Origin: Raja brachyura
Taxonomy: Eukaryota
Assembly (NCBI GenBank): GCA_963514005.1
Contig: OY740788.1
Span: 88,660,001-88,724,000 of the forward strand
Reading direction: 5' to 3'
Length of the DNA stretch: 64,000 nt
In this document: in pieces, positions 25,305 through 37,189 of the stretch
Position numbering within the stretch: the stretch's first letter is position 1
Layout: each line of letters opens with the position of its first letter
Translations under genes and position numbers: made by a program
The notes under the pieces: model-generated
Databases searched by the model: none
What the model saw: only the letters and a program-made list of their open reading frames with translations
Told to the model about the DNA's origin: nothing

Positions 25305-25421
25305 TCGGCGGAATCGGAGATATTCTATGCTGATATTCAGTTTGTACGACAGAATGCCAAAGCTCCAACCTTAGCAGTCAGCGAGGGGACAACCGAATAT
25401 GCTGCCATCAAACGTGCATAG
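25305..25421 (+). CDS. IgSF receptor terminal coding exon (ITIM IFYADI and ITSM TEYAAI)
   Basis: Acceptor tttttctgttacAG|TCG; reads SAESEIFYADIQFVRQNAKAPTLAVSEGTTEYAAIKRA* with stop TAG at 25419-25421. Confidence 0.88.
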   Translation, partial: SAESEIFYADIQFVRQNAKAPTLAVSEGTTEYAAIKRA

Positions 25422-25737
25422 TGACTGACTAAATGTCACCCCTCAGGGTTCTTCTGGCTGGTATCTGTCAACGCACAGAACTCCCGAATGTCACAGATCT
25501 TCGTTCTGGTTCTTAGGCAAATGCCTCAATATTTTCTTCATCTTAATCTCACATAAAGTGATAGCCGACAGGTTGATCTACTGTCACATTTATTATATTA
25601 ATGTAGTTTCCCAGTCTACGCAACAACTCACAACTCATACATTCGCAGTTTCCTTTGTTATAATTTAAGACTCTAGTTTCAGATCAAAGCAAATAATTTC
25701 AATTTACATCACTCACTCTTCCCAAAGCTTTATATGT

Positions 25738-26386
25738 AACTAGACCAAGTGCAGACCTGTTGGGTCTGGTCCCCGAACGTGCTTCAGACCCCGAGTACGG
25801 GAGGGAGGGGGTGAGGGGGAGGGGGCGGGGAGGGTGGGAGGGTGCGGGGAGGGGGTGAGGGGGAGGTGGCGAGGGAGGGAGGGGGAGGTAGGGTGGGAGG
25901 GAGCAGGGAGGGAGGAAGGGAGGGTGGAAGGGAGGGGGAGGGGGGGTAGGGGGGGTAGGGGTTGAGGGAGCGGGGGGAGGGGGTGTTGTTACCGAACTGA
26001 ACTCACTGTGGAATGAATCCATTAACGGAGCCACTCTGCTGCTGGATTGGAAGTTGTCCCTGCCTTCCCTCTGGCTGACAGGCCGCGCAGCTCTGTAACG
26101 CTGGTTGAAGGCGAAGATCGGCTGTTCCCCCGCTGTCTTTCGGAGCACAGCGAAAAGCAGCGGTGGAAGAGGCGGTCTTTAGCTTCAGCCAGCGTGAGAG
26201 AGGCGGCCTCGGGGTGGGGGTGGGGGGGGGGGAGTGGAGGAAGTAAAATCGGCAGCGAAATAAGCCGGGTGGTAGCAGTGAAAATCGCCAGTGAAATAAA
26301 AAAACTGGTGGCGTTTTTGGAGGAGACCGGGCTGCAGCAGCCGTTATGGTGGCTGGCCAGCAGGAGGCCACAAAATGAGTGAGTGT

Positions 26387-26429
<43 letters not shown>

Positions 26430-26597
26430 TATAAAAAATTATGTACATAAAAATTGGATCCGTGAATGTAAAAGTGTAATGTCTAGCAAAATGGAAAATG
26501 TGAGTTTGAGTGTGTGGTTTTGGCGAACCATGAAATCAAAGGCCAAATCTGACAGCAATAACACACAAACACACAGAGTTTTAAAAGTATATAGATT
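25738..26597 (+). mobile_element. Putative non-autonomous Helentron/DINE-1-like element with internal G-rich tracts
   Basis: Starts AACTAG followed by a hairpin CAGACC-tgttg-GGTCTG, and ends ACACACAAACACACAGAG...TATATAGAT. The assignment rests on terminal structure only. Confidence 0.35.
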
Positions 26598-27089
26598 AAC
26601 GTAAAGACGTACAAGTTTGGAGGTTAATTGACCAGTAAAATTGTAAATTGTCCCTAGTGTTTGTAGTGCGTGGGGATCACTGGTCAGCGCAGATTCGGGA
26701 GGTCCAAACGGCCTGTTTCCGTGCTGCATCTCTAAACTAAACTATTAACAAACCTTTTCTCATTGCAGGTAACGAGTTGAAATTAACCTTTCCCTTTGTT
26801 GATTCTTCAGCATGCCGATACAGAATATCATCTTTTACACGTGCTGCAAATTCATCTATACGATTAGTGCTAATTTTATTTCCCAGACCCGATGTGAATT
26901 AAAGTCCCAAGATATCACTATGATGCGTTGCTGCATTACCCTCTCAACTTGATTTCCCACTGATCAGTGGTCAGATAAACTGACTACAAATTAATTAGTC
27001 ATTTCCATCTTAATATGCCTAATTTCACCCATTACCTGTTCATTATCCTCTATTTATGCTCATAAATTACCTACAATACCGTGACCTTT

Positions 27090-27430
27090 AGGACAAAAGG
27101 GATAGGAAAAGAATTAGGCCATTCGGTCCGTCAAGTCTACTCTGCCATTCAATCATGGCTGATCTCTCCCTCCTAACCCCATAACCTCTGACACCTGTAC
27201 TAATCAAGAATCTATCTTTACTTTGCCAAAAACATCTCCACAGACTTGGCCTTCACAGCCTTCTGTGGCAAAGAATTCCACAGATTCACCACCCTCTGTC
27301 TAAGGAAATTTCTCCTCATCTCCTTCCTAAAAGAACGTCCTTTAATACTGAGGCTATTACCGCTTGTCCTAGACTCTCCCACTAGTGGAAACATCCTCTC
27401 CACATCCTCTCTATCCAAGCCTTTCATTAT
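27090..27430 (-). mobile_element. CR1 LINE 3' fragment
   Basis: RMFPLVGESRT...RRNFLRQRVVNLWNSLP on the minus strand. Confidence 0.75.
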
Positions 27431-27863
27431 ACAGAGTAATACAGTTTCATTGAGGTCCCCTCATTCTTCTAAACTCGGTGTGGTAAATCTACAGAAGCCA
27501 CGCTCATGCTCATGGCAGCTGAAAATCAAAATATATGTTCATCTTTCCACATTGTGCTTCATACATCTTAAAGAATGTAAATATTTATTGTCAAGTACAG
27601 TTTCTATTCATTAAAACCATGTTTTAAAGTGTGCTTTAAAGTATTATAATAGTCTAAATTGTGCTGTTGCAATGTAAGAAAATGTATATTATTTTACAAA
27701 CTTTATGAAATATTACTGATTGAATGAAGGTGATCCCCGTGTTGTAGGAGGTTGCATTTCCTGGACAACAGTCCATATCACCAATTTCCGTACTGTCATC
27801 CACGCATGCATCAAGAAAGCAGAGTTGAAACAAGGTGAATTTTGTGTTGATTAGTTACTACTA

Positions 27864-29012
27864 GTCAAGTCAAGTCACTTTTATTTCTGTAGCACATTTA
27901 AAAAACAACTCTCGTTGACCAAAATGTTTTACATTGGTGGAGGTACTAACGTTATACAACAGTGGTTCATAGATGAAGTACATACATAAGTACAAACATG
28001 TAGCCCTCCCTCAGAGGACGTCAAGAAAGGCTTGAGAGTAAAGATGAGTTTTAAGTCTCGACTTAAAAGAGTCGATGGAGGGGGCAGTTCTGATGGGAAG
28101 AGGGATGCTGTTCCACAGTCTAGGAGCTGCAACCGCAAAGGCACGGTCGCCCCTGAGCTTATGCCTAGACCGCGGGATGTTCAGCAACCCCAAGTCGGCC
28201 GATCTGAGGGACCTGGAGGTGGTGCGGTGGGTGAGCAGACTTTTAATGTAGGTGGGGGAAAGCCCATTGAGGGCTTTGTAGACAAAGAGGAGGGTCTTGA
28301 AATTTATTCGGAACCGCACAGGGAGCCAGTGGAGAGAGGCCAGGATTGGGGTGATGTGGTCCCTTTTTCGGGTGCACGTCAGGAGTCTCGCTGCGGCGTT
28401 TTGGACCAGTTGCAGGCGGGACCGGGAAGATTGGCTGATGCCAGTGTAGAGGGAGTTGCAGTAATCTAGGCGGCAGGAGATAAATGTGTGGATGATCTTT
28501 TCTAGGTCATCAAACTGGAGGAATTGTTTTATTTTAGCTATCATCCGAAGCTGGAAGAAGCTAGCTTTTACCACGGCATTGACTTGTTTGTCAAATTTCA
28601 GTGCTGACTCAAATATCACGCCAAGGTTTGTGACGTGAGGTTTGAGTAGTGGGGTAAGGTTTCCAAGGCTGCCTGCTATCATTTTGATTGAGTCCGAGGG
28701 GCCGAGAAGGATGACCTCAGACTTACTCTCGTTTAGTTGGAGGAAGTTCTGGGCCATCCAGCACTTTATATCCTTGAGGCAGCGGGTAAGGTTAAGCAGA
28801 ATTGATTGTTTTTTGGGCTTCAGGGGGAGGTACAGTTGTGTATCGGCTGCGTAGCAATGGAAGGAAATGCCGTGCCTTTCAATGACTTGGCCTAAGGGGA
28901 GCATATACAGGGAGAAGAGAATGGGGCCAAGGATGGAACCTTGTGGAACCCCACAGCGGAGGCTAGCTGGGGAGGAGAAAGAGTTGCCTATGTTAGTAGA
29001 GAAACTCCTACC
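27864..29012 (-). mobile_element. L2-clade LINE 3' part (RT C-terminus)
   Basis: ORF 28011-29111 contains CGVPQGSILGP, FHCYAADTQLY, RLDYCNSL, LQLVQNAAAR, LHWLPV, RAFAVAAPRLWN; tail (TTGAC)n at 27864-27877. Confidence 0.88.
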
Positions 29013-29426
29013 TTTGAATGTCCCAGCTACATTCAGACTGGGCATCACAAGAATTAGCACTACTGGTTTGGATGTGAGGGTCCAATGAGAGAACATTGTT
29101 GTGACGGACAATCTGAAGTATGCTGCATTGCACGAGACCTCCTGCGATCACCTCCTGCACATTGTGTGGTGTGTATTATGCTTGTAAGTGATTCGTTTTT
29201 TCCTTGTGTGCATTATGTACAAAAAATACAAAGTATTGATTTTTACAACATAGGCCTGTAAATATTAACAAAACTGTCAGAATATCTTAGCTTAATAAAA
29301 TAATAAAATTCTGAGTGCAATTTTTTGTTCATTAAATGCTGAGATTTGGTGTTGATAGAAAGCCAGATTGGTTGCTGTTGTATTTACAGTATACAGTAAA
29401 TGGCAGGACTTTTAGGAACATGGATG

Positions 29427-30130
29427 TGTTAATCCTGGCTAAATTGGACCAGTCAGGACTTCAAAATGGGGTTAAGCGGGAGATTTGGCAGCAGGGCTTG
29501 CTGGGAGATTTGGTCAAATTGGGATCGCTCTCTGCAGAGCTGGGACAAGCTGCAAGAGGTGCCAGAGAGTCTGGAACTTAGATAAAATTCATAGGCAAAG
29601 GATAGGAAGTCTTGCAAGCCTTGTCAATCTGATACCAAATGCATAGAATGGATTGGGTGGTTGCAAACTAGATATACATTTTGTAAATATCTTGTAAATA
29701 ATGTTGCAGCATCTGACTCGACTGGATCTTTATTGGATGGTTCTGTTCATCAGGGTAAATGTTTCAATAGTTGACTACATTTCAAAGTCAGTTGTGAATA
29801 CAATGTATTGAACTGTTGTATCATTGGGTTAGGGAAACGGCAGTTATGTATGGGGTTAATGGATATCTGTAATTGGGTAATTGTACGACAACCCCTGTGA
29901 TCACGAGGCTCAAGGTCGATCTTCTGGAGGAACTTCTGAAGTCTCTGTCTGCGCGAGGCCTAGAGGGCTTGAACAGATAGACACAGGGATCGAACCCACG
30001 GTGGGGGATAGGTACAGTGTGTGATTTGTGACGCGCTTTTGGTAAAATAAAATTTAGTTAATTCAAGTGCTTGATTCAGTGTTTTTACTGAAATTAGACT
30101 GGGGGGAAGCTCAGAAACCAGCAATTATCA
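29427..30130 (+). mobile_element. Solo LTR (704 bp) inserted in an old CR1 fragment
   Basis: TG...CA termini (TGTTAAT...ATTATCA), 4-bp TSD GATG at 29423-29426 and 30131-30134, and AATAAA at 30046-30051. CR1 sequence continues on both sides. Confidence 0.75.
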
Positions 30131-32364
30131 GATGTACAGAGAGATCTTGGAGAACGTCCATTGCTCCCTAACATTGGCAACATAAATAAGGTGGTAAAGG
30201 AGGCGTACGTTTATACTTGCCTTCATTAATGAGAGCTTTTTGTATTGAAGTTGGCAAGTCATACTGGGGCAGTATAATGCATTGGTTATGCTGCATTTGG
30301 AGTACTGTGTGCAGTCTGGTCCCGATGCTGCATGGAGCTGCCAATCTATCATCAGAGTTGACAACTATCCTTTCACCAACATTACAGGCTGGGTTCCATT
30401 TGTAGAAACCAGGCCATATCGCAGTTTCTCATAACACAAAGCAATGTCAACGGTGCATGCATCAAGAAACTTAAGGTGAAAAATATTAGTTGTGCTGATT
30501 TATTTACTTGTTTCCCACATAAATTCTGTGAAAACAAAGCACGTTCCATATCTTCAATCTTTGGTACTGATTTGTGAATTCCATCAGGCTGCATTTCCAT
30601 AATCCAACAGAGGTGGCGATGTTGAACGCAGATACACTAGTTCAGTGGGTATTTAAATATGCAGGAAATGCAATTTATTCTCATAATTTTATTAACCTCA
30701 ACCTTCAATAATCCATGGGAAATAGTCCAAGCACCACGATGTTGTCCGGATCAGAGGGCTCTAGCTATAAGCATAGGGTGGACAAACCTGGATTGTTTTC
30801 TCTGGAGCATCGAAGGATGAAATGAGAACTGATAGAAGTTTATAAAATGATGGGAGGCATAGCTAGGGTGTACACAGAGCCTTTTCCCAGAGTCTAAATG
30901 TTAAATACCAGAGGGCATTCCCACCTGGAAGCCTTGTAAACGCAACTCATGGATCTGCTTTAAGGCAAGATGGTAAAATTAAAAATAGATTTATGGGACA
31001 AGTGTGTTTGTTTGCATGGGGTGTGGTGGGAACCTGCTGCCGGGAGTGGTGGTAGAAGATATGATAGGAATGTATAACAGGCATTTAGACAGAAATGTGA
31101 ACATGCAAGGAATGCAAGGACACATACCATGTGCAGGTAGATAGGGTTGGTTAAAATTGGCATTATGGCCGGCATAGACCCAGTCGACCGAAGGGCCTGT
31201 TCTTGTACTGTACTATTCTGTTCCACACTGTGTATGCATCATGTTGGCATATACGTGGATAGTTGGGGGAGAAATTTCTGACAAGTCGGATTCCATGATT
31301 TTATGAGCACAGGCTTAAAAATGTAAATGACACAGAGCGGTACATTCCAGAAATGTGTAACAATAGGCAGGTCAAATTTACGAAGGTGTTGCTCTGCCGA
31401 GTTGAGTTGCTTTAGAATGGCATCTTACTGGTCTAAATCACTGTAGTTTCATGAATTACTTTGCAATATTAACCATGGCACCTATTAGATCTGGTGACCA
31501 TCCAAATGGTAATATGCTTGAATGACCATTTGATTCTCGTGAATTAAAATTGCCACAGACGGCTGCGGAGGCCAAGCCATATTTTGAAAGCAGTCATAGA
31601 TTCTTGATTAGTACGGGTGTCAGGAGTTATGGTGAGAAAGCAGGCGAATAGGGTTGAGGGGAAAAGATAGGTCAGCCATGATTGTATGGTGAAGTTTACT
31701 TGCTGGGCTGAATTCTTCCCCTATCACTTATGAACATGTGTTTGGAATCAGATGTAGAATGATTTAATCAGTGTAATAAGGATTGAGGTGGCTTCTCTCT
31801 TAGCTTGAGATGTGGAAACACCCCCACCTGCTGCTTCCTATCTAAACCGCACACCATCCAGACATGGAAACACACCAGGGGTCCTTCACAGTCACTGGGT
31901 CCAAATCCTGCACTCCCATCCCAACAGCACTGTGGGAGCGCCCTTTACCGCAAGAACCGCAGCAAGTGAAGAGGCAGCACACCCCTTCCTTCTCGTGGGC
32001 AATTAGGGATGGGTGATAAATCCTGAAAAATGAATTAAAATATTAATTTCCAAACTCAAGTTTTATTTTTCAATTTTTTATTTAAAATTATAAAGTTTCA
32101 TGAAATGTACAAAGAAGGCCGTCAGTCATCCCATGTCACAACTGCCAGGCAAAAGGTTTAAAACTGGGACCCTTGCATGCAGCCCAATAGTATATGAACC
32201 CACCTCTGCTCCACATTGCCCTTGTCAGAACAGTGCCAACGATCCGTGTGCAGAACACACATTATTCCAGGGCACAATTATTATGAATTTGGAAACAATT
32301 CATTGTATGGATCACTTACAATGATCAAATGGTTAGCAATGCTCCAGAACCAGCAAGAAAAGGG

Positions 32365-32660
32365 GCAACATGGTGCCGCAGCAGAGTTGCTGCCTTACAG
32401 CGCCAGAGACCCGGGTTCGATCCTGACTACGGGCGCTGTCTGTAAGGAATTTGTACTTTCTCCCCTTGACCGTGTGGGATTTCCCTCGGGTGCACCGGTT
32501 TCCTTCCACACTCCAAAGATGTACAGGTTTGTGGGTTAATTAACTTTGGTTGTAAATTGTTCCCAATGCGTAGGATAGTGCTAGTGTACAGGGTGATCAC
32601 TGGCCGGCGCGGACATGGTGGGCTGAAGGGCCTGTTTCCACTCTGTAGCTCTAAACTCGA
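32365..32660 (+). mobile_element. HE1-like SINE
   Basis: GAGTTGCTGCCTTACAGCGCCAGAGACCCGGGTTCGATCC head and CR1-like tail. Confidence 0.75.
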
Positions 32661-35600
32661 AGAAAGACAAGATGGTCTCAGTGTTGGAACCAAATTTCAC
32701 AACACCATGGAGCAGAGTAGCTCTGGAAACACTCAGAGGGTAACGTGGTGTAATCCCTCCAACCCTGAACCTTATTATCACTATTAACAGGATGGAGCCT
32801 GTTTAATACTCGGTGAGTTCTGGATCTGTGGTTTCACTTCCCAATAACCCGCACGGCTGATCCTGCAACCCTTTACACCACAGACTCCCAGAGTTGGACA
32901 TGCACACAGCTCTGTTGGTGCATCTCAATGGTCTGGAGTTCACATCAGAAACTCCACAACTGTGGAGAGGAAGTTTCCACTAGTGGGAGAGTCTAGGACC
33001 CGAGACCATGGCCTCATAATAAAAGGTCGTACCTTTAGAAAGGAGACAATGAGGAATTTTTTCAGTGAATCTGTGGAATTCATTGCCAGACGGCTGTGCC
33101 GACCAAGTCAATGGTAATTTTTAAGGTGGAGATTGACATTCTTGATTAGTAAGGTTGCCCAGGGCTATGGGCAGAAGGCAGGAGGAGCATGGGGTTAAGA
33201 AGGAAAGATAGATTGAATGGCAGAGTAGACGATGGGCCGAATGGTCTAATTCCTATAACTTATGGATGTCCATAAGCACCAGAAACGAGAGGAAATCTGA
33301 CAGTTTCCCAGTTAACATCACAAGTGCATACTTAGTCACAACTGCTCACACCCACTCCTTTTGTCTTCATTCTATATAAAATAAGCAAGTCAATGTCATT
33401 GCTGTTTATTCAAAGGCTCTATCAGAATCAGAATGATTATAATTCCCTTGAGACAGTAATTAAGCTTCATCTTCCTGTACACACCCGTGGCTCCGAGCTG
33501 AAGTCAGACCACTGATCAGCCCTGATCCCTCACCTCATTTCATTCATGTTGCCCTGTCAGAAGACAGAAAGGAAGTCTGAGGGAGAAAGCTGAAGAGAAT
33601 CTTCTCACCAGTTACCAGCTTGGAGCAAGGATTTTAAACAGAAAAACCCTGGAGCTTTCCATACAAATTAATATGGGTGTCAGGGATTACGGGGAGAAGG
33701 CAGGAGAATGGGGTTGGGAGGGAAAGTTAGATCAGCCACGATTGATTGCACGACGGAGTAGACTTGATGGGCCGAGTGGCGTAATTCTTTTCCTACACTC
33801 TATGAACAACAGTACCACGACTGAACCTGAACCTTCACCACACACACACAATCACTGCCATGCTCTGAAGGATGACTGGGTGTGACCAAGAAAATGTTGG
33901 CTATGCCGGCGACGCCCATATGCCACAACACAATGGGAATGTAACAACAATGGAGCTGTGTGTATGTTATATGCAAACAACAGTCACCAGCAGGGGAATC
34001 CTGACTGGTTGCATCATGCCCTGGTAACAGCAATTCCAATGCACAGGATCGCAAGTGGCTGCAGTGAGGGGTGGACTTGGCCCCGTCCATTCCAGGCACT
34101 GTGCCCCACTCCATCCAAAACCTCTACACGTGTAGGCTCGTTCCACCCCGTGAAACCCTCTCATCTCGCTGCTACTTTCAGGCCTGAAGTCCCACACCAC
34201 CAGGTTCAGGAGCAGCTACTTCTAACAGGTTTTGAACCAACCCGAACAACCCTAATCCCACCTCAGACACAGAACCACGTCCTGCAAAATATTGGACCAT
34301 GTTTTTCCTTGGAATTGGGTCAGGAATTACACAAGAAACAGGATCAGCCATTTCCTTATTGGCTGTGGAAAGAAGCTCAAGGGGAAAGATGCTGTCATTG
34401 ACATTCACGGGGGATGTGATTTAATGGCTAATCCTGCATTTGTTGCCAATCCCAGAGTAGCCGAGAATACGTCATTGCAGAGGGCAATTACAAATCAACC
34501 ATTTTATGTGGATCTAGAGTTACATATACACCAGTCTAGGTGAAGACTGCAGTTCCTATGTTCTATACCCACGAGAGACATAGAACATAGCACGTAATAA
34601 ACAGTACAGCACTGGGAGAAGTCAATATCTGTGCCAAACATATTGCCAAGTTAAAATAATCACCCCAGCCTTTATGTGATCCAAATCCCTCCATATTGTG
34701 AATATGTGCATATCTAAAAACCTCTTGACAACCACTGTCCTCTCTGATTCCACCACCACCAAATAAAAAACATACCCCTACGCATCTCCTTTAAATCTTC
34801 CCTCTGGCATTAATGCTACATGCTCTAGTTTTTGACAATCCTGCCTTGGAACAAAGGTTTTGACTGCCTACCCTATCTATGCCTCTTGTAATTGTATAAA
34901 TTTATTTCAGATCACCTCTCAGCCTCTAATCTCCAGATAAAAGAATCCAAGTTTGTCCAACCTCTCCTTATAATTAATACTCTCTAATCCAGGCAGAATT
35001 ATATTCAAGCTCTTATGCATTCTCCAAAGCCTTCCTGTAATGTGGAAGCCAGAACTGTACACAACGGTGAACCAGTGGCTTTTTACAATATTCCGGTATT
35101 TACACGATTACCTTCACTGATATTACCAATACATTCCATATTCTTCTAACCTGCTGTGGTGGGATTTGAACGTGCCTTCTGCTCAATAGTTGGGGCCTCT
35201 GCATGCCAGTCCATTAAGTTAATCACTATACTACCTACGGCACATTCCAGGCCGTGTGACTGCAATTCACAACAAGGGTGACAGGAAGACCAGCAATCTG
35301 CCTTAATGGGGAGCGTAAAAGTGAAATAGAAACTGAAAATGCTGGAAACACTCAGAAAGCCATACAGCATCTGCGGAGGTAGAAACAGGGTTAACGTTTT
35401 GGGTCCAAGACCCTTTGTTGGAACAACCAATGAAAGAAAAGCTAGATTTAAACAGCAGATATTGGGAAAATGGAACCCGGTTCAATGGTCAGCATGGAGG
35501 TGTTGGACTGAAGGGCCTCTTTCTGTGCTGTTTGACGTTGAATGCAGAGGACAAAGTAGATATTTGTTTTCACTTAATAATTAACAAAATCAGGATGGCT

Positions 35601-36325
35601 AAAATGAAACAGAGTCAAAATACTTTAAATCGGCGACGTCTCATATGGCCTGGAATAATGGCCTGGTATTCCCTGTGTAAGTGTCACTTCTGTCAGTGCG
35701 TTTCCTGACAACTGGCAGCAACTCCCGGGACTGCAGCAAGCGTGGAGTTCCCGAGCTTCATCGTCCTTCCTACAGCACTGCACTCATGGTCTGTGGACAC
35801 ATGGAGGCCCACCATCTTTCAGACACTTGCACCAGAGAGCCCCTGGCAAACCGAGCTCGCAAGGAGTTCTAGAAAAAGCAGTCCAGGTTCATCCAGTCTC
35901 CACTCCAACCCTGGCTCCAACTGCATGCATGGCACAGGTATACTGTTGGTGATGCAGCTGGGAGATGCCTAGGACCACGGCCAAGCCTCCAAGAGACGGT
36001 GAGAAGGTATCTATCTCATGAGCGGCCCTGCTCAGTTTGGTTTGGAGAGCAAGGTCCAGAAATGAAGAACTTTATAGGCTATACAGAGGAAGTACTCTGA
36101 AGGATCTCCCAGCCAATGCATTGCAGCTGGTCCAGCTGCCCCAGAGATTGTCCTAACCCCGTCAGCAGGCAGGCAGGCAGCCGGAATATCATCACTGTCC
36201 GTGTCCGCAGGTCCCACAGATCCACTCAGTCCTGATCCTGGGGAGGTTTCTCTTTCATGGGGACCAGTGCAGGGAGGTGGGCTCCGGGACCCCACCCGTC
36301 TACGCCAGCCAGCCCGCCCCAGCGC

Positions 36326-36437
36326 TCAGTCGTGGAAGCGCTGACAGGCCTTCTTCCACCTGCAGGCCGTGCACCACTGGCTGCGGTTCTCCACGCCATA
36401 GACCTTGCGGCACTTCTTGGCCTCACCGCGCACCTTC
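36326..36437 (-). CDS. znf395: ZNF395-like coding exon 8: C-clamp (CRARF/CR3) domain and stop
   Basis: [36 protein letters not shown]; acceptor CAG at 36440-36438. Paralogue identity within ZNF395/ZNF704/SLC2A4RG is not certain. Confidence 0.9.
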
Positions 36438-36649
36438 CTGTCAACCGGAAAAAATACCAGAGTTACCACAGCCCAGTTAAACATTGAGGTTTCCAAATTT
36501 AAGTAACCACCAAAACAACCCTCCCCTCAACCCCCCCTATCTTACTCCACACCATCCCCCCCACCTGGACTTGCACCTATTTCTCCCATCCCACATTCCT
36601 TCCCCTTGCTTCACAACTTGTAACTCTTCAATCCTTTAATCTCCAACCA

Positions 36650-36960
36650 AACACGGACACAAAATGCTGGAGTAACTCAGCAGTACAGGTGTCATCTCTG
36701 GAGAAAGGAAATAGGTGACGTTTCGGGGAAAGACTCTTCTTCAGACTTTGTTCCAACCATCTACCTATTCAAACCCACCCCCACGACTGTGTCCACTCTG
36801 CCATGCCTTGACCTCTGTCGTGCTCTGTCCTGCCTCTGCCCCGTCCAGCTCTCTTGCCCCAACCTGTCTTTACAATCGGTCTGAAGAAGGGTCCCGAACC
36901 GAAACGTCACCTGTCCATGCTCACCAGAAATGCTGCCTGACCTGCTGAGTTACTCCACAC
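36650..36960. mobile_element. Penelope-like terminal-repeat remnants in inverted arrangement, with hammerhead-like motif
   Basis: 36655-36747 (minus) and ~36870-36960 (plus) are inverted copies of CTGAAGAAGGGTC..GACCCGAAACGTCACC...GATGCTGCCTGACC.GCTGAGTTACTCCA. Confidence 0.5.
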
Positions 36961-37070
36961 TGTGTACTGTGACCCACTAACACCTCTCCTGTCCCCTGCC
37001 GTGTGGTCCGGGTGCCCACTCACCAGCCCCTCTGTCTCACAAACCCTGCAATATACCCCCGTTCACTTAC

Positions 37071-37189
37071 TTGCCTCCGTGGAATATCTGCGGTGACGAT
37101 GCGAAGATGACATGGGGCTTGAACACAGCCACTTGCGGCTGGCTGGAGAGACTGGCAAAGGTGAAGGTGCGGGTGTGCTCTGGAGACAC
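37071..37189 (-). CDS. znf395: ZNF395-like coding exon 7
   Basis: VSPEHTRTFTFASLSSQPQVAVFKPHVIFASSPQIFHGG(K); phase 0/2; donor GTAAGT. Confidence 0.8.

Noticed and set aside
32365-32430. tRNA-like sequences with A and B boxes
   Set aside because: They are heads of dispersed HE1-like SINEs, not tRNA genes.
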